Assembly: GCA_047602405.1 (NCBI GenBank)
Contig: JASGHJ010000002.1
Coordinates: forward strand, 1,856,001 to 1,920,000
Source: Anaeromyxobacteraceae bacterium
GTDB lineage: Bacteria > Myxococcota > Myxococcia > Myxococcales > Anaeromyxobacteraceae
Length of the DNA: 64,000 bases
Direction of reading: 5' to 3'
This document shows positions 54,535 to 64,000 of the stretch, one piece after another. A program made the translations under genes and the position numbers. Below the pieces are notes generated by a model. That model was not told the origin of the DNA. It saw nothing but the letters and a program-made list of their open reading frames with translations, and searched no databases. Position 1 is the first letter of the stretch. The number at the start of each line of letters is the position of its first letter.

Positions 54535-55143
54535 TCAAGCCCGCCGCGCCCACCGGTACGTCGCCGCCGCGAGCGACAGCGCCGCCGCCACCCCGCCCCA
54601 GACGAACGCGCTCCCGGTCGCGACGCCGGCCACCGCGAGGAGGCCTGCGGCCTCGAAGAACCGGCCACGGCTCACGAGGAACACCGTCCCGCGGTCGTAG
54701 GTGGCGCGGACCCCCGCGGCCGCCGGCACGGTCAGCATCCGCCGGAGCAGCGCGAGGTTCTGCAGGTGCCCGGCGACGAGCGCGAGCCGGCCGAGCACGA
54801 CCGCCCCGAGGAGGACCCTCCCGAGGTCGAGCAGCGTCCCCTTCCACCACCAGGGCGCGCCCGGCAACCGCCCGGCGAGCGCGAGCGCCGAGCAGAACGC
54901 CATGAGCACCAGCGCGCCGGCGACGAGGGTCAGCACGAAGGGCCGCGAGAGGAGCCTGCCGGCCTCCACCGCGGCCCTGAAGCGGGGGTTCAGCTCCAGG
55001 CTGCCGCCGAAGTCCAGGCGCGCCGGGAGATCGCCCTCGCGCCTCCGGCGCGCCGCCGCGAGCGTGAGCGCGTGGTCGGCGGTGTGCAGGACGCCCCACG
55101 CGAGGCCCATCCAGACCGGCAAGGTTTCGAGGCTCGGCTCCAT
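54535..55143 (-). CDS. Hypothetical membrane protein
   Basis: Several hydrophobic helices; ELNP motif. Confidence 0.6.
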   Translation of the reverse strand: MEPSLETLPVWMGLAWGVLHTADHALTLAAARRRREGDLPARLDFGGSLELNPRFRAAVEAGRLLSRPFVLTLVAGALVLMAFCSALALAGRLPGAPWWWKGTLLDLGRVLLGAVVLGRLALVAGHLQNLALLRRMLTVPAAAGVRATYDRGTVFLVSRGRFFEAAGLLAVAGVATGSAFVWGGVAAALSLAAATYRWARRA

Positions 55144-55361
55144 CCCCGCACGTTAGCGCACCCGAGGTGAATGGCGCGGGCCGACGGCGGCCGGGCGGTA
55201 TCGCGGCCGGCCACGAGCCCGCAGGACCAGCGCACCCCGCCGAGGGCGCTCCGCACCTCCCCGTGCTCCTTCACTCGGGGGATGAGACACCCGCGCACGT
55301 TCACCCATTGCCGTGATCACGTTATGCCGCGCGGTCGACCGCCCTGTCAGCATGCCGTCAT

Positions 55362-55979
55362 ATGGACTTCCGTGGTGATGGCTTCCCGGCGGGCGACGCG
55401 CCCCGCTCCGAGGGGGCGCACGAGCAGGCCGAGCCGAGGGACTGGACCTGCGCCGTCACGCCACGGCTGCCCGGGCGCACCACCTTGACGCTCGTCGGAG
55501 CGCTGCAGGCCGGCTGGGCCGCGCGGCTCGCGAGCGGCCTCGCCGCGCGCGGCGTGAGCGTGCTGCGGGCGCGGGCCCACAAGAACCTGGCGCGCGTCTG
55601 GCTCGCCGAGCTCGACGTGCAGGCGCCCGACGCGAGCGCGCCGGTCGACGGCGGCACCGTCGATCGCATCCTGCGCGACCGCGGCCCGCTCGAGGGCAGG
55701 AGCCACGCGCCCGCGGTGACGCGCTACGTGCTGACCCCGCGCGAGGACGCGCTCGAGGTCCAGATCCGCGCGCCGGACTCGGTGGGCCTGCTCGACCGCA
55801 TCCTGCGGATGTTCGCCTTCTACGGCCTCTTCCCGTGCGACCTCGCGATCGACACAGTCCGCGGCGAGGCGCGCGACACCTTCCGGCTCCGGACGATGAC
55901 CGGCGAGGTGCCGTCCTCCCGCACGCGCGACGCCCTCGAGCGGCGGCTCGCGGCGCTGTCGGGGGTCCTGCGGGTCTGA
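55362..55979 (+). CDS. Stand-alone ACT-like domain protein
   Basis: VQIRAPDSVGLLDRILRMF...IDT....RDTF resembles the GlnD C-terminal ACT domain. Confidence 0.6.
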   Translation: MDFRGDGFPAGDAPRSEGAHEQAEPRDWTCAVTPRLPGRTTLTLVGALQAGWAARLASGLAARGVSVLRARAHKNLARVWLAELDVQAPDASAPVDGGTVDRILRDRGPLEGRSHAPAVTRYVLTPREDALEVQIRAPDSVGLLDRILRMFAFYGLFPCDLAIDTVRGEARDTFRLRTMTGEVPSSRTRDALERRLAALSGVLRV

Positions 55980-55998
55980 GGCGGCGGCGCTGGCCGCG

Positions 55999-56202
55999 TC
56001 AGTCCTCGATGCGGAACCCGATCCGGATCGTCACCTGGAACTCGAGCACCTTGCCGTCCTTCACGGCCCCGCGCTGCTCGGCGACCTCGAACCAGCTCAT
56101 GTTCCGCACGGTCTTCGAGGCCTCCTCGACGGCGTTGCGGGTGGCCTCGGCGAAGCTCACCGGCGAGGTCCCCACGATGTCGATCTTCTTGTAGACGGCC
56201 AT
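55999..56202 (-). CDS. Dodecin (flavin-binding)
   Basis: VYKKIDIVGTS..SF.EA..NAV..ASKT......WFEV...RG......FQV....GF. Confidence 0.93.
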   Translation of the reverse strand: MAVYKKIDIVGTSPVSFAEATRNAVEEASKTVRNMSWFEVAEQRGAVKDGKVLEFQVTIRIGFRIED

Positions 56203-56299
56203 GGCGGTGCTCCCCTTCTGGTTCGAGGCGGCCTCGGCGCGAGGCGCGGCAAGGTGACGTGCCCCGAGGCTAGCACGCCGGCCGCGGGTCTCCGGTGAT

Positions 56300-57382
56300 T
56301 CAGTACGGCGCGAACCCGCCCGCCGATCGCCGTGACCGCCAGAGCGAGACGCCGATCCCGAGGAGCGTGAGCGGGAGCGCGAACTCGACCACCACGGCGG
56401 AGAACGCCGGCAGGGCGTCGTGCGCCTGCGCCTGGAGCACGAGGTAGGCCACGTAGGCCGCGTAGTAGCCCAGGAACACGAGCGCCGTGAGCCGGCCGAT
56501 GGAGTGGCCGGAGAGGAAGATCGGCAGGCACGCCACCGTGACCGCCACCATGACCGGCAGGTCGAAGTCGACCACCGCCGGGGGCACCGGCAGCCCGCCG
56601 GGCGTCACGACGGACGCGATCCCGAGGATGCCGAGCATGTTGAAGACGTTCGAGCCCACCACGTTGCCGATGGCGAGGTCGCGCTCGCCCCTCGACGCGG
56701 CGACGACGGAGGTCGCGAGCTCCGGCATGCCGGTGCCCGCCGCCACCACGGTGAGCCCGATGACGGCGTCGGAGACGCCGAGCGCGCGCGCGAGCGCGAC
56801 GGCCCCGTCCACGAACCAGCCGGCGCCCGCGACGAGCCCCGCGAGCCCCGCGGCGACCAGGCCGAGCGCGACCGCGAGCTGCCCCGCCGAGGCGGGCTCC
56901 ACGCGGCCGGCCTGCTCCCGGCGGGCCCTCACCTCGCGGCGGCTGCGCCAGACGGTCCACGCGGTGTAGGCGACCATCAGCGCCGAGAGCAGCGCGCCGT
57001 CGGCCGGGGCGATCCGCCGGTCGAGCGCGACCCCCCAGGCGAGGAGCGCCGCCCCGATCATGATCGGCACCTCGAGCCGCACGATCTGCCGGGCGACGAC
57101 GAGCGGCGCCACGAGCGCGGACGCGCCCAGGATGAAGAGCACGTTGAAGACGTTCGACCCGACCGCGTTGCCGACGGCGAGGTCCGGCGCGCCGGCGAGC
57201 CCCGCCCGGACGCTCACCACGAGCTCCGGGGCGCTCGTGCCCATGGCGACGACGGTGAGCCCGACCACGAGCGGCGTGACGCCGGCGAGGAGCGCGAGCC
57301 GGGAGGCGCCGCGGACCAGGGCCTCGGCGCCGGCCACGAGGACGGCGAGGCCGCCGGCGAGCGTGAGGGCGATGAGGATCAT
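56300..57382 (-). CDS. Calcium/sodium antiporter (CaCA, YrbG-like)
   Basis: Alpha repeats GTSAPEL...GNAVGSNVFN and GTGMPEL...GNVVGSNVFN. Confidence 0.92.
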   Translation of the reverse strand: MILIALTLAGGLAVLVAGAEALVRGASRLALLAGVTPLVVGLTVVAMGTSAPELVVSVRAGLAGAPDLAVGNAVGSNVFNVLFILGASALVAPLVVARQIVRLEVPIMIGAALLAWGVALDRRIAPADGALLSALMVAYTAWTVWRSRREVRARREQAGRVEPASAGQLAVALGLVAAGLAGLVAGAGWFVDGAVALARALGVSDAVIGLTVVAAGTGMPELATSVVAASRGERDLAIGNVVGSNVFNMLGILGIASVVTPGGLPVPPAVVDFDLPVMVAVTVACLPIFLSGHSIGRLTALVFLGYYAAYVAYLVLQAQAHDALPAFSAVVVEFALPLTLLGIGVSLWRSRRSAGGFAPY

Positions 57383-59049
57383 GGCGCGGCGGGCGCGGCG
57401 AGAGACGACGCCCGCACCGCCTCGAACTCGTCGCCCGGGCGCCAGCGGGGCGGCCCCGGCGCGTTCGCGACCCGCACCGCGAGGTGGAAGGCGAGCCGGG
57501 CGTCCTGGACGAGGCCGGAGAGGTCCCAGGCCGGGTTCCACGCGTCGGACGGCTGGTGGTAGTGCCGCGCGGTCCAGGCCTCGGCGTTCTCCTTGCCCCA
57601 GCCCGGCGGCCGCCCGACGAACTCGACGCCGCCGCCGAGCGAGACGGACGGGACGCCCACCTTCGCGAACGAGAAGTGGTCGGAGCGGTAGTACACGCCC
57701 TTCTCCGGGAAGGGATCGCCCGCGACCGTCCGCCCCTGCCAGCCCGCCACCGCGCGCGCGTCCTCGTCGAGCGAGCTTTTCCCGAGCCCGATCAGGGTGA
57801 GGTCCCGCGTGCGCCCGAAGACGTTGAGGCCGTCGAGGTTGAGGTCGGCGACGACGCGCGCGATCGGCACCGGCGGGTGGAGGGCGAGCCACTCCGAGCC
57901 CAGGGTGCCCTGCTCCTCGGCGCCGACGAAGGCGAACACCACGGTGCGGGCCGGCGCCCTCGGCAGCGCTTCCAGGGCCCGGGCGATCGCGAGCACGGCC
58001 GCGCACCCGGTCGCGTTGTCGACGGCGCCGTTGTAGATCGCGTCCTCGCCCGGGGCGGCGTTCGCCTTCTTGCCCAGGTGGTCGTGGTGCGCGGTGAGGA
58101 GCACGACCTCCCCGGCGCGCGCCGGGTCGGAGCCCGGCAGCTTCGCGAGCACGTTCGCCGTCTCGGTCCGGCTCACGCGCGCGGTGAGGCCGACCGAGAG
58201 CGTGAGGCCGAGCGGCACCGCCGCGAAGCCGCGCCGGTTCGCCGCGGCGCGCAGCGCGTCGAGGTCGTGCCCGCCGAGCGCGACGAGCCGGCGGCTGGCG
58301 TCCTCGGTGGTCCACATCTTCACGCGCAGGCGCGGCGCCGCCACGCCCTCGCCGAGCTCGAACTCCTCTCCCGACCAGGAGGTCTGCACGACCTGCCACG
58401 GGTAGGACGCGGAGGGCGTCGTGTGGATGATGATCGCCCCCGCGGCGCCGTGGCGGGCGGCCTCCTCGTACTTGTAGGTCCAGCGGCCGTAGTAGAGGCG
58501 GGCCTTCCCGCCGAAGCGCGCGGGGTCGTCGGAGGGGTCGTCGTTCATCACGAGCACGACCTTCCCCTTCACGTCGGCCTTCGCGTAGTCGTCCCACCCG
58601 TACTCCGGCGCGACGATCCCGTAGCCCACGAAGACGACCTCGGCGCGGTCGAGCGCGACCGCGGGCTCGGGCACCCCGGCGGTCGCCATGTACTCCCCCG
58701 GCGCGAGCGCGAGCGCGCCCGCCTTGCCCTCGAAGCGCGGCGCCGCCGCCACCGAGGTCGTGACGCCGACGAGGGGCACCCGCTGCAGGTAGCCGCCCTC
58801 CGGCGCCGCGGGGGCGAGGCCGAGCCCGCGCAGCGTCGCCTCGAGGTAGGCCTGCGCGAGCGCGTCGCCGCGGGTGCCGGGCCCGCGGCCCTCGAGGAGG
58901 TCCGAGGCCAGGAACTGCACGTGGGCCGAGACGAGCGCCGGGGTCACCTGCTCCGCCGCGCGGCGCTCGTCCGGTGGCGGCCGTGGCGGCGCGGAGGCCG
59001 CCGGGCGGGGCGCCGCGAGCGCGGCGGCGAGGAGGACGGCGGCGGTCAT
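57379..59049 (-). CDS. Secreted M28 metallopeptidase with PA domain
   Basis: LASDLLEGR, YYGRWTYK, AHHDHLG, GAVDNATG, AEEQG, RSDHF, YHQPSD. Confidence 0.92.
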   Translation of the reverse strand: MTAAVLLAAALAAPRPAASAPPRPPPDERRAAEQVTPALVSAHVQFLASDLLEGRGPGTRGDALAQAYLEATLRGLGLAPAAPEGGYLQRVPLVGVTTSVAAAPRFEGKAGALALAPGEYMATAGVPEPAVALDRAEVVFVGYGIVAPEYGWDDYAKADVKGKVVLVMNDDPSDDPARFGGKARLYYGRWTYKYEEAARHGAAGAIIIHTTPSASYPWQVVQTSWSGEEFELGEGVAAPRLRVKMWTTEDASRRLVALGGHDLDALRAAANRRGFAAVPLGLTLSVGLTARVSRTETANVLAKLPGSDPARAGEVVLLTAHHDHLGKKANAAPGEDAIYNGAVDNATGCAAVLAIARALEALPRAPARTVVFAFVGAEEQGTLGSEWLALHPPVPIARVVADLNLDGLNVFGRTRDLTLIGLGKSSLDEDARAVAGWQGRTVAGDPFPEKGVYYRSDHFSFAKVGVPSVSLGGGVEFVGRPPGWGKENAEAWTARHYHQPSDAWNPAWDLSGLVQDARLAFHLAVRVANAPGPPRWRPGDEFEAVRASSLAAPAAP

Positions 59050-59053
59050 GCGG

Positions 59054-59455
59054 TCAGGCTCCCCGTGAGCGGGCCGTGCGCCAGCGCGCGACGAAGCGCT
59101 CCACGTCGAACGGGGCGAGGCTCGTGGGCGGCCCCGCGACGGCGGTGGCGTTGAGGCGGCGGATGCGGCGGTTCATCTCCTCGAGCTTCTGCCGGACGAC
59201 CTGCTCGTCGCCCTCGCGCGCGAGCGCCGCGGCGAGCGCCTCGGCGTCGTGGCGGATGGAGAGCGCCTCGGGGAGGTCGTTCACCCGCTCGCGCCTGAGC
59301 TTCTCCTTGATCCACCAGGCCTCGGGGAGGTCGCCGGTGAGCGGCAGGGGCCTCCCCTCGCCCGGGAGGTGGTCGAAGGCCCCTTCCTCGCGCGCCTCCC
59401 GGATGAGCCGGTCCACGAAGCCCTCGTGGCTCTCTGAAGCCCGCTTTCCCTTCAC
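59054..59455 (-). CDS. DUF1992-family protein
   Basis: VDRLIREAREEGAFDHLPGEGRPL. Confidence 0.82.
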   Translation of the reverse strand: MKGKRASESHEGFVDRLIREAREEGAFDHLPGEGRPLPLTGDLPEAWWIKEKLRRERVNDLPEALSIRHDAEALAAALAREGDEQVVRQKLEEMNRRIRRLNATAVAGPPTSLAPFDVERFVARWRTARSRGA

Positions 59456-59504
59456 CCTGCGACGTTGATAACCCAGGTCGCGCCGGGATGCAGGCGCGGA
59501 CCCG

Positions 59505-61469
59505 CTAGACCCCGCCGAGGTACGTGTACCCCTTCATCACCGCCTCGTAGAAGTCGGCGAGCGACACGCCCTCCTTCGGACGGATCGCGCCCTCCTTCAC
59601 CTTGGCGTCGAGGCTCGACTTCACCCGGCGGAAGAGCTCGGCGGGCTCGTACTGCACCCGCGACAGCACCTTCTCGATGGTGTCCCCGGGGATGACCTCC
59701 TCGATGTAGAAGTCCTCGGGGTCCTCGTCGTCCACGAAGACGTGGATCTCGTTCACCCGGCCGAACAGGTTGTGCATGTCGCCCATGATGTCCTGGTAGG
59801 CGCCGGTCATGAACATGCCGAGGTAGTACGGCTCGCCGGGCGAGAGCGCGTGGAGCGCGAGCGTCTCGTCGACCCCGTCGTTCTCGATGAAGCGGTCGAT
59901 CTTGCCGTCCGAGTCGCAGGTGATGTCGACGATGGTCGCGTCCTGCGTGGGCGGCTCGGCGAGGCGGTGCAGGGGCACGATCGGGAAGAGCTGGTCGAAG
60001 GCCCAGTGGTCGGGCGCGCTCTGGAAGAGCGAGAAGTTCGCCATGTACTGGTCGGCGATCTTGTCGCCGAGGTCCTTCGTCTCCCGCGGGAGGCGCTTCT
60101 TGCCGCGGTTCAGCTCGGCGATGCCACGGGCGAGCTTCCAGAAGAGCGACTCCACCACCGCGCGCTCCTCGAGCCCGAGGATGCCCAGCTTGAACATCTG
60201 CAGGGCCTCCTCCTTCTTCGCGAGGCCGTCGTGGTAGGTCTCGGCGCGGTTGCGGGGCGTCATCGAGGCCACGATCTCGCGCATCTCGCGCACGACCTTG
60301 GGCTCGTCGGCCTTGGGCACCGAGGCCGCGGCGATCTCCTCCGCCGAGCCGATCTCGATGTGCCCGAACACGTTCATGATGATGCAGGAGTGGTGCGCGG
60401 TGACCGCGCGGCCGGACTCCGAGACGATGTGCGGCTCGGGCACGCCCTCGTTCAGGCAGACCCGCTGCACGTTGTAGACGACGTCGCCGACGTACTCCTC
60501 GGTGGAGTAGTTCACCGACGAGGCGTAGCCGTTCGAGTGGGTGCCGACGTAGTCGACCCCGAGGCCGCCGCCGACGTCGAAGTACTCGATGCCGAGCCCC
60601 ATCTTGCGGAGCTTCGCGTAGACCCGGGCGCCCTCGTTCACCGCGTCCTTCACGACGCGGATCTCGGTGAGCTGGGAGCCGACGTGGAAGTGGAGCAGCT
60701 TCGCGCAGTGCTCCTTCCCCGCGTCCTTCAGGATCTTCACCGCCTCGATCATCTCGGGGACGGTGAGGCCGAACTTCGCGAAGTCGCCGGAGGAGCCCTC
60801 CCACTTGCCGGTGCCCCGGGTGGTGAGCTTCGAGCGCAGCCCGATCCAGGGCTCGACGCCCATCTCCTCGCCGAGGCGCAGGAGCTGCGGCAGCTCGGAG
60901 AGCTTCTCGATGACGACGATCACCTTCCGGCCGAGCTTGCGCCCCATGAGCGCGAGCCGGAGGTACTCCTCGTCCTTGTAGCCGTTGCAGACGGTGAGGG
61001 CCTCCGGGTCGGCGTTCATGCCGAGCACGACGAGGAGCTCGCCCTTCGAGCCCGCCTCGAGGCCGTAGTGGTACGGCGCGCCGGCGTCGACGATCTCCTC
61101 GACGACCTCGCGCATCTGGTTGACCTTGATCGGGTAGACGCCGAAGTACCGGGCGCCGTACCCCATCTCCATCACGGCCTTCCCGAAGGCCTCGTTGATC
61201 TGCTTCACGCGGGCGCGCAGCACGTCCTGGAAGCGCACCACGCACGGGAAGCCGATCTTCCGCTCCCGGATGTCCTCGACCACGTCCATGAGGTCGATGA
61301 CCGGGCCCGGCTGGCCCATCGGGTGGACGATGATGTGCCCGCGGTCGTTGACCGAGAAGAACCCGGCGCCCCACCCGCTCACGTTGTAGTACTGGCTGGC
61401 GCGCTCCGCCGACCACTCCGCCTGCCCCTGCGCCTGGGTGGCGTCGCTGCGCCGATCCGGAAAGTTCAT
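59505..61469 (-). CDS. speA: Biosynthetic arginine decarboxylase
   Basis: YPIKVNQ (PLP Lys), EAGSKGE, HFHVGSQ, DVGGGLGVDY, ESGRA, DITCDSDG, GAYQ...HNLFG. Confidence 0.95.
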   Translation of the reverse strand: MNFPDRRSDATQAQGQAEWSAERASQYYNVSGWGAGFFSVNDRGHIIVHPMGQPGPVIDLMDVVEDIRERKIGFPCVVRFQDVLRARVKQINEAFGKAVMEMGYGARYFGVYPIKVNQMREVVEEIVDAGAPYHYGLEAGSKGELLVVLGMNADPEALTVCNGYKDEEYLRLALMGRKLGRKVIVVIEKLSELPQLLRLGEEMGVEPWIGLRSKLTTRGTGKWEGSSGDFAKFGLTVPEMIEAVKILKDAGKEHCAKLLHFHVGSQLTEIRVVKDAVNEGARVYAKLRKMGLGIEYFDVGGGLGVDYVGTHSNGYASSVNYSTEEYVGDVVYNVQRVCLNEGVPEPHIVSESGRAVTAHHSCIIMNVFGHIEIGSAEEIAAASVPKADEPKVVREMREIVASMTPRNRAETYHDGLAKKEEALQMFKLGILGLEERAVVESLFWKLARGIAELNRGKKRLPRETKDLGDKIADQYMANFSLFQSAPDHWAFDQLFPIVPLHRLAEPPTQDATIVDITCDSDGKIDRFIENDGVDETLALHALSPGEPYYLGMFMTGAYQDIMGDMHNLFGRVNEIHVFVDDEDPEDFYIEEVIPGDTIEKVLSRVQYEPAELFRRVKSSLDAKVKEGAIRPKEGVSLADFYEAVMKGYTYLGGV

Positions 61470-61501
61470 CGCCCGCTGATTTAACTCACCCGGGACGGGA
61501 A

Positions 61502-63382
61502 ATGAAGGGAGCGACGACGAAGATCATGAGAGCGCACCGCCCGCCCGCCGACGCGCCCCGCCTCGCGGACCGCCTCCGCTCCGCCCGCGTCCTGTCGCGT
61601 CACGTCCCCGGCACGCTCCGGCTCGTCTGGGAGGCCGACCGCGCGGGCGCCGTCGCGATCCTGGCGCTCACGGCCGCGCTCGCGCTCCTGCCGGCGGGCG
61701 TGGCCTGGCTCGGCAAGCTCATCGTCGACGGCGTCGTCGCCGCCGCGCGCTCCGGCGCGGAGGCCGACCGGGCCCGCGTCGTCTGGCTGGTCGGCGCCGA
61801 GCTCGGCTTGATGGCGGCGCAGACCGCGGCCGCCCGGCTGCTCGCCCTGCGCAGGGAGCTCCTCCGGGGCTCGCTCGGCAACCGGATCAACGAGCGGATC
61901 CTCGAGAAGGCCCTCACGCTCGAGCTCAGGCACTTCGAGGACTCGGAGGTCTACGACAAGATGCAGAACGCGCGGCGGGAGGCCTCCACCCGGCCCCTCT
62001 CGCTCGCGATGCAGCTCCTCGCCATCGCCCAGAACGCCGTCACCCTCGCCGCGCTCTCGGGGCTCCTGTGGCGCCTCTCGCCCACCTCGGTGCTGGTGGT
62101 CGTGGCGGCCTCGCTGCCGGCCTTCCTCGCCGAGGCCCGGCTCTCGGGCGAGTCGTTCCGCCTGTGGACCTGGCGCGCCCCGGAGGGGCGGCGGCTCAAC
62201 TACCTCGAGTGGATCCTCACCCGCGACAGCCACGTGAAGGAGGTGAAGGTCTTCGGGCTGGGACCGCTGGTCCTGGGGCGGTACCGGGCCCTGTTCGCGA
62301 AGTTCTTCCAGGAGGACCGCCGGCTGGCCGTGCGGCGGTTCCGGAGCGGGCTCCTCTTCGGGCTCCTCTCGCTGGGCGCGTTCTACGCCATGTACGCGCT
62401 GCTCGCCGCCCGGGCGGCGCGGGCGGACATCTCGCTCGGCGACCTCACGCTGTACATCACCGTGTTCCGGCAGGGCCAGGGCGCGGTCCAGGCCATCCTC
62501 TCGGGGCTGTCGGGGCTCTACGAGGACGCCCTCTTCATGCAGAACCTGTTCGACTACCTCGAGCTGCCGACCTCGAACGAGCGCCCGCGCGTCACGCCGC
62601 CGCGCACGGTCCCGCGCGGCCGGCCGGCGCTGCTCGAGCTCGACCGGGTGTCCTTCCGCTACCCCGGGCGCGAGGCCTGGGCGCTCCGCGACGTCTCGCT
62701 CGAGGTCCGCCCCGGTGAGAAGCTCGGCCTGGTCGGCGAGAACGGGGCCGGCAAGAGCACGCTCGTGAAGCTGCTGCTCCGGCTCCACGACCCGACCGAG
62801 GGCGCGATCCGCTACGGGGGCGTCGACCTGCGCGACCTCGACCCCGCCGATCTCCGGGGCCGGATCGGCGCGGTCTTCCAGGACTTCGTCCGCTACCAGT
62901 TCTCGGCGGCCGAGAACGTCGGCCTGGGCGAGCCCGCCCACGTCGAGGACCGGGCGCGCGTCGAGCGCGCGGCGCGCCTCGGCGGCGCGGAGCCGGTCAT
63001 CGCCGGGCTCCCGCAGGGGATGGAGACGGTGCTCGGCGGGTGGTTCGAGGCGGGGCAGGAGCTCTCCGCTGGCCAGTGGCAGAAGCTCGCCGTCGCCCGG
63101 GCCTTCATGCGCGAGGACGCCGAGATCCTGGTCCTCGACGAGCCCACGGCCTCCATCGACGCCGAGGCGGAGCACGAGCTCTTCGAGCGCTTCCAGGCGC
63201 TCGCGGCCGACCGCACCGCGATCGTCGTCTCGCACCGGTTCTCGACCGTGCGGCTCGCAGACCGGGTCGCCGTCTTCCACGGGGGCCGCCTCGAGGAGCT
63301 CGGCACCCACCGCGACCTGCTCGCGGCCGACGGCCGGTACGCGCACCTGTTCCGGCTGCAGGCCCGCGGTTACCTCGATTAG
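61502..63382 (+). CDS. ABC exporter, fused TMD and NBD
   Basis: TM domain, GENGAGKST, LSAGQWQK, LDEPT, SHRFSTVR. Start may be 61525. Confidence 0.92.
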   Translation: MKGATTKIMRAHRPPADAPRLADRLRSARVLSRHVPGTLRLVWEADRAGAVAILALTAALALLPAGVAWLGKLIVDGVVAAARSGAEADRARVVWLVGAELGLMAAQTAAARLLALRRELLRGSLGNRINERILEKALTLELRHFEDSEVYDKMQNARREASTRPLSLAMQLLAIAQNAVTLAALSGLLWRLSPTSVLVVVAASLPAFLAEARLSGESFRLWTWRAPEGRRLNYLEWILTRDSHVKEVKVFGLGPLVLGRYRALFAKFFQEDRRLAVRRFRSGLLFGLLSLGAFYAMYALLAARAARADISLGDLTLYITVFRQGQGAVQAILSGLSGLYEDALFMQNLFDYLELPTSNERPRVTPPRTVPRGRPALLELDRVSFRYPGREAWALRDVSLEVRPGEKLGLVGENGAGKSTLVKLLLRLHDPTEGAIRYGGVDLRDLDPADLRGRIGAVFQDFVRYQFSAAENVGLGEPAHVEDRARVERAARLGGAEPVIAGLPQGMETVLGGWFEAGQELSAGQWQKLAVARAFMREDAEILVLDEPTASIDAEAEHELFERFQALAADRTAIVVSHRFSTVRLADRVAVFHGGRLEELGTHRDLLAADGRYAHLFRLQARGYLD

Positions 63383-63394
63383 GGACGGAGTCCC

Positions 63395-63976
63395 GTGCGC
63401 GGCATCGAGCAGATCCCGTGGGTGTACGACGCCATGCTCTGGGTCTCGGAGCACACCGGCTTCGGGTCCTGGCGGCGCTGGCTGCCCGCCGGCGCGCGGG
63501 GCCGCACGCTCGACCTCGGCACCGGCACCGGCCGCAACCTGCCGCTCCTCTCGGGCGAGGCGCGCGCCGTGGGCGTCGACCCGTACGTCTGGAACCTCCG
63601 CCGCGCCCGGCGGCGCGCCCCGGGCGTGCCGCTCGTGCGGGCCCGGGCGGAGGCCCTCCCGTTCCGCGACGGCGCCTTCGACACGGTGCTCTCGGGGCTC
63701 GTGATGTGCAGCGTCGACGAGCCCCCGCGGGCGTTCGCCGAGGTCCGGCGCGTGCTCCGCTCGGGCGGCGCGCTCCGGCTGCTCGAGCACGTCCGCGCCG
63801 AGGGGCGGCGGGGGCGCTTCCAGGACTGGGTGCAGCCCGCGTGGACGGCGGTGGCCGGCGGATGTAGGCCCAACCGCGACACCGAGGTCGAGGTGGGACG
63901 GGCCGGCTTCGAGGTGGAGGCGGGCTCGCGGCGGGCCCGGGGTGTGATGCGGCGGCTCGTCGCGTGGCGCCGGTGA
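63395..63976 (+). CDS. Class I SAM-dependent methyltransferase
   Basis: LDLGTGTG, AEALPF.DGAFDTV, RRVLRSGG.L.LLEHV. Confidence 0.9.
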   Translation: MRGIEQIPWVYDAMLWVSEHTGFGSWRRWLPAGARGRTLDLGTGTGRNLPLLSGEARAVGVDPYVWNLRRARRRAPGVPLVRARAEALPFRDGAFDTVLSGLVMCSVDEPPRAFAEVRRVLRSGGALRLLEHVRAEGRRGRFQDWVQPAWTAVAGGCRPNRDTEVEVGRAGFEVEAGSRRARGVMRRLVAWRR

Positions 63977-64000
63977 TACGACCCTGACGCGTCAGCCTGC

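Noticed and set aside
55312..55321. Palindrome CGTGATCACG upstream of the ACT-like gene
   Set aside because: A single 10-bp palindrome is too weak to call without comparative support.

Overview
Very GC-rich bacterial DNA whose gene content resembles Anaeromyxobacter/Myxococcota (inference from gene repertoire). The backbone is mostly housekeeping genes: lysC, hutH, the lipA-E1a-E1b-E2...lpdA-lipB 2-oxoacid dehydrogenase cluster, moaA, a split B12-dependent acyl-CoA mutase with isobutyryl-CoA mutase signature residues, mlaEFD, yacG, an RluA-family synthase, an M16 peptidase pair, a 5'-nucleotidase, speA, tRNA-Met(CAT) and tRNA-Sec (selC). The most interesting locus is a tightly packed + strand unit at 29423-36691. 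It runs: 8-HAMP chemoreceptor -> lipoprotein cytochrome with CX4CH -> outer-membrane beta-barrel that itself carries a CxxCH heme motif -> two paralogous monoheme cytochromes -> OmcA/MtrC-like decaheme lipoprotein. No MtrA or MtrB is present, so this is a candidate non-canonical porin-cytochrome electron conduit. About 11 genes are broken by small indels, most in an AGA(T/G)C context. These look like long-read errors rather than real pseudogenes. Most long ORFs in the supplied track are antisense or shadow frames caused by the high GC content.
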